Assembly (NCBI GenBank): GCA_005878915.1
Contig: VBML01000030.1
Span: forward strand, 1 to 39,621
Reading direction: 5' to 3'
DNA: 39,621 nucleotides
DNA from: Methanobacteriota archaeon
Lineage (GTDB): Archaea > Thermoplasmatota > Thermoplasmata > RBG-16-68-12
The position numbers and the translations under genes were made by a program. Numbering within the stretch: position 1 is the first letter of the stretch; the number at the start of each line of letters is the position of its first letter. The notes beneath the pieces were generated by a model, which ran no database searches, was not told the origin of the DNA, and saw nothing but the letters and a program-made list of their open reading frames with translations. Positions 36,963-39,621 of this stretch are shown here, in pieces.

Positions 36963-38531
36963 TCATACCACCCTAAAGTAGTTTCTGTGGAAACAGTTCT
37001 CCCAGAACGTCGGGTTGGAGGCATAGGTGTCCGTGCCCGTAAGGTCCTTCAGGCGATTGTTGTACGCCATGAAGAGATCCCTCTTGAGCTGATAGTCCGA
37101 GGGGCTGAGGTTTTCGGGATACCGCGAATCGGCGAAGCAGATCGCGTAGTCGATAAACCAGGCGCGGCTCCAAGGCGCCCCCGGGGCAATGGTGATCGCG
37201 TAGACCAAATCGGCGACCGCGAGATGGTCCGAGTGGTCGGCGCAGCCGGTGCAGTCCCGCCCTTCAAAGCTCTGGCGGTTCCGGTCGAAATCGGGGGCGT
37301 TCACCTTGGTCGTGGAGTCGTATGGAGCGAACGTGGAAAAGGCCGCCGCCACGGTGAGGTAGAGGTCTTCCCAGCTGTTGTACGTCGTCGACTGGTCGAC
37401 CGCCGTGATGCTCAGGATCAGGCCGTCCCGCAGCTTCGCGAGGCTCTGGAACCCGGTGCCGGGGAACCCGCTCCCGTCCGTGTTTCCATCGGGAAGGCGC
37501 ATGAATAGGGTGACCGTCGTCCCGTAGTTCCACTGCGAAATGGTGTGGCACACCGAAGAGGGACTGTTGTAGCAGACCGTCGTCGCTGACGTGCTTTCGG
37601 ACGCGGCGCCGACTACGAACTTCACGCTCGCCTTGAGGGCTTCCTCCCGCGCTTGCCAAAACGACATCGAGTTCCCCGCGTCGCCCGCCGTGAGTACCAC
37701 GAAGAGCAAATGATTCCCGGCTTGGTATTCCTCTACCGATGTGGGGGTCTCAAAGAGTTGCCAGTCGTCCTCGTGGGCGTGAATGAAGACAGACCAGGAG
37801 CCAGAAGGAGGCGGGGGAGGAGGTGGAGGGGGTGGGGGCGGCGGGGGAGGACCGGAGGGGAGATCGAGGCTCGTCACCTTGCACGTACACTTGTCCGGTC
37901 CAACGTGGATCTGCGCCTTGACCGTGTTCCCGAGGAGGTCCAGGGGCAGGGTGAACGTCGCACCGACATTCGAGACGACGGCGGGAACCCCAATGCCCTT
38001 GATGGCGAATTCGTCCGCTCCCCGTCCATTGATGTCGAAGTTAGTCTTGACACGGTACGTGAGGTAGTCACCGGCGGGGGGGTTCCAAGACGTCAGGTCA
38101 CCATAAGCGTTCTGACCCTTGTTCGCATAGGACGTGAAGTCATTGGGAAATTGAATCGTGAAGGAGACAAGGGGGTCGCCGGTGAGGGCAAGGACCCCTC
38201 CCAACGGAAGACCGGTGAAGGCGACCTCGACTCCAAGAACGTTGCAGTCCTGATCCCGCTCCACGAGCAGCTGGACCGAACCCGTCCACGTGACCGTGTT
38301 CGTCGGCGTGAGCCCGCCGTCAGCCCACGTGAACGAGTTGTTTACATCGGCGTCCACCGTCCAGCCCGGTTCGCACGACGCGGCGGCGGCGCGACCGCCG
38401 AGCAGGCCGGAGCTCACCATCAGGAAGACCAGGCTCACCGCGAGAATGGAACCCACAGGCACCCTTCCCGCCCGTCGCGCGGACGTGACGGACGTCATCA
38501 ACACCGAAGATGTGGACCGAGCGTTAGGCAT
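36963..38531 (-). CDS. Secreted PIG-L/LmbE-family deacetylase with N-terminal unknown domain, paralog 1
   Basis: Signal peptide (ILAVSLVFLMVSSGLLGGRAAA), 15-Pro linker, then HAHEDD, TAGDAG, AREEA, RLPDG and DHSDH. Start is 38531 or 38498. Confidence 0.82.
   Translation of the reverse strand: MPNARSTSSVLMTSVTSARRAGRVPVGSILAVSLVFLMVSSGLLGGRAAAASCEPGWTVDADVNNSFTWADGGLTPTNTVTWTGSVQLLVERDQDCNVLGVEVAFTGLPLGGVLALTGDPLVSFTIQFPNDFTSYANKGQNAYGDLTSWNPPAGDYLTYRVKTNFDINGRGADEFAIKGIGVPAVVSNVGATFTLPLDLLGNTVKAQIHVGPDKCTCKVTSLDLPSGPPPPPPPPPPPPPPPSGSWSVFIHAHEDDWQLFETPTSVEEYQAGNHLLFVVLTAGDAGNSMSFWQAREEALKASVKFVVGAASESTSATTVCYNSPSSVCHTISQWNYGTTVTLFMRLPDGNTDGSGFPGTGFQSLAKLRDGLILSITAVDQSTTYNSWEDLYLTVAAAFSTFAPYDSTTKVNAPDFDRNRQSFEGRDCTGCADHSDHLAVADLVYAITIAPGAPWSRAWFIDYAICFADSRYPENLSPSDYQLKRDLFMAYNNRLKDLTGTDTYASNPTFWENCFHRNYFRVV
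37806..37850 (-). repeat. Poly-proline linker (15 Pro)
   Basis: 15 consecutive mixed CCN codons. Confidence 0.9.
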
Positions 38532-38647
38532 GATTCAAACGAATCGGGCGGGGACTAAGTCGAGTATGTACACACGTTGAGCAGAACGGGCACAGGTAGC
38601 GTGGAGGGTTTAATTGGGCCTCCCGCCACGAGCGTCCAGGATCCGGA

Positions 38648-39621
38648 ATGCGTGAGCGTGAAGACGGCGCACCGGGATTCGTGTTCGAGTACTCCAAGGA
38701 GTTCCACGACCTCGTTATCGAGATGCACCGGGGTCGGGAGCGCCTCCCCCGCTACTCGAACTGGATCCACGACAACCTAGGGGCCGAAGGAAGCCGGCTC
38801 GACCACTTCTCGAGATATCTCTACCCGGAGATTCGACGTCATTGCGGCGACCTGGCCGACCGGCGCGTCCTCGATTTCGGATGCGGCACGGGGGCCTCGA
38901 CGGCGGTCCTCGCGAGCCATTCCCGCGAGGTCGTCGCCTTCGACATCAACCCGCAGGTCGTTGGGATCTGCCGAAAGCGCCTCGAGGAGCATGGTCTTGG
39001 GGATCGGACGCGGGTCATCTCCGCCCCGGATCTCCGATCCATCCTCGGCGACATCGGCACGTTCGACTTCATTCTCCTGGAGGCGGTCCTCGAGCACGTC
39101 CCAATCTCCTTGAGCGGACTCCGGGGGGACCTGCTCCGCTCCCTCTTCAGCGTCCTCAAACCCGGGGGGCATCTGTTCATCAGCGGGACGCCGAATCGCA
39201 TCTGGCCATACGACTTCCACACAACGCAATTGTGGTGGATCCCGTGGACCCCGCCGGGGTCGAGATGGGCGTACGCGAGGGCTCTCAGGAAGGGGCGGGT
39301 CGCGAACAATCCCCGAGGCCCTCTATTCCTCGAGGAGGAGGGTGCTTGGGGGATGACGTACTTCGAGATCTTGAGGTCTCTCCCTCGGGGCGCGTTTCAG
39401 GTCGTGAACTCTCTGCCGGGCCACAATCGCCACGTCTCGTACTCATACCGCCCGCACTACCGGGAGATCTTCGACCTTCTCGTCTACTCGTTCCTCACGT
39501 CGTGGACGAAGCTCCCTCCGACAGTACTGTGCCCCGCAATCGAGAACCTGGCCATTCGGAAGCTCGACGGCTCACGACGCAGCAATCCCCCAGAGTCAGC
39601 GTCAGGCAACGTTCGTGGGGA
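38648..39621 (+). CDS. Class I SAM-dependent methyltransferase (runs off the window end; not in the ORF track)
   Basis: Hand translation from ATG 38648: MREREDGAPGFVFEYSKEFHDL...RVLDFGCGTGAS...VVAFDIN...FDFILLEAVLEHVP...LKPGG...TPNRIWPYDFHTT. No stop before 39621; TTTAAT at about 38609. Confidence 0.88.
   Translation, partial: MREREDGAPGFVFEYSKEFHDLVIEMHRGRERLPRYSNWIHDNLGAEGSRLDHFSRYLYPEIRRHCGDLADRRVLDFGCGTGASTAVLASHSREVVAFDINPQVVGICRKRLEEHGLGDRTRVISAPDLRSILGDIGTFDFILLEAVLEHVPISLSGLRGDLLRSLFSVLKPGGHLFISGTPNRIWPYDFHTTQLWWIPWTPPGSRWAYARALRKGRVANNPRGPLFLEEEGAWGMTYFEILRSLPRGAFQVVNSLPGHNRHVSYSYRPHYREIFDLLVYSFLTSWTKLPPTVLCPAIENLAIRKLDGSRRSNPPESASGNVRG

Noticed and set aside
35106-38531. Deacetylases as substrates of the archaeosortase
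   Set aside because: Both end in FWENCFxRNYxRxx with no PGF/PEF motif, TM helix or basic tail.
1436-38558. Many long antisense or alternate-frame ORFs (e.g. 2946-4103, 7689-8684, 15017-16204, 20587-21684, 37653-38558)
   Set aside because: Shadow ORFs of well-supported genes, caused by high GC and scarce stop codons; no recognisable domains.
1-39621. CRISPR arrays, IS elements, integrases, rRNA or tRNA genes
   Set aside because: No regularly spaced repeats, transposase or recombinase motifs, terminal inverted repeats or RNA gene signatures were seen by eye.

Overview
This is a GC-rich archaeal window. The evidence is archaeal TATA-type promoters, an archaeosortase, a PAC2 proteasome chaperone, an AbrB-PhoU regulator, KaiC-like ATPases and DUF1616; the proteome is not acidic, so a Thermoplasmata-like host is inferred but not proven. 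Two cell-surface glycosylation blocks (about 0.1-5 kb and 18.6-39.6 kb) encode nine GT4 and one GT2 glycosyltransferases, a flippase, a GT-C/Wzy-like membrane protein, four class I SAM methyltransferases, a B12 radical SAM enzyme, an ATP-grasp protein, a HAD hydrolase, a GINT1_N-like propeller and two tandem secreted PIG-L/LmbE deacetylases with an unrecognised N-terminal domain. Between the blocks lie an archaeosortase fused to a C4HC3 zinc finger, an isochorismatase/prs pair, phoU, PAC2, a copR-copA copper locus with a TACAnnTGTA palindrome, and a KaiC-type signalling cassette (GvpD-like ATPase, KaiC-like ATPase, small helical protein, two RHH paralogs). Four genes between 13.4 and 21.4 kb appear to have lost an internal or 5' segment (about 100-150 bp in the three that can be sized), which points to assembly gaps or microhomology deletions. 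Two genes missing from the ORF track were found by hand: a 57-aa Cys-rich protein and a 3'-truncated methyltransferase. No rRNA, tRNA, CRISPR array or transposase was seen. All family calls come from motif recognition, not database searches.
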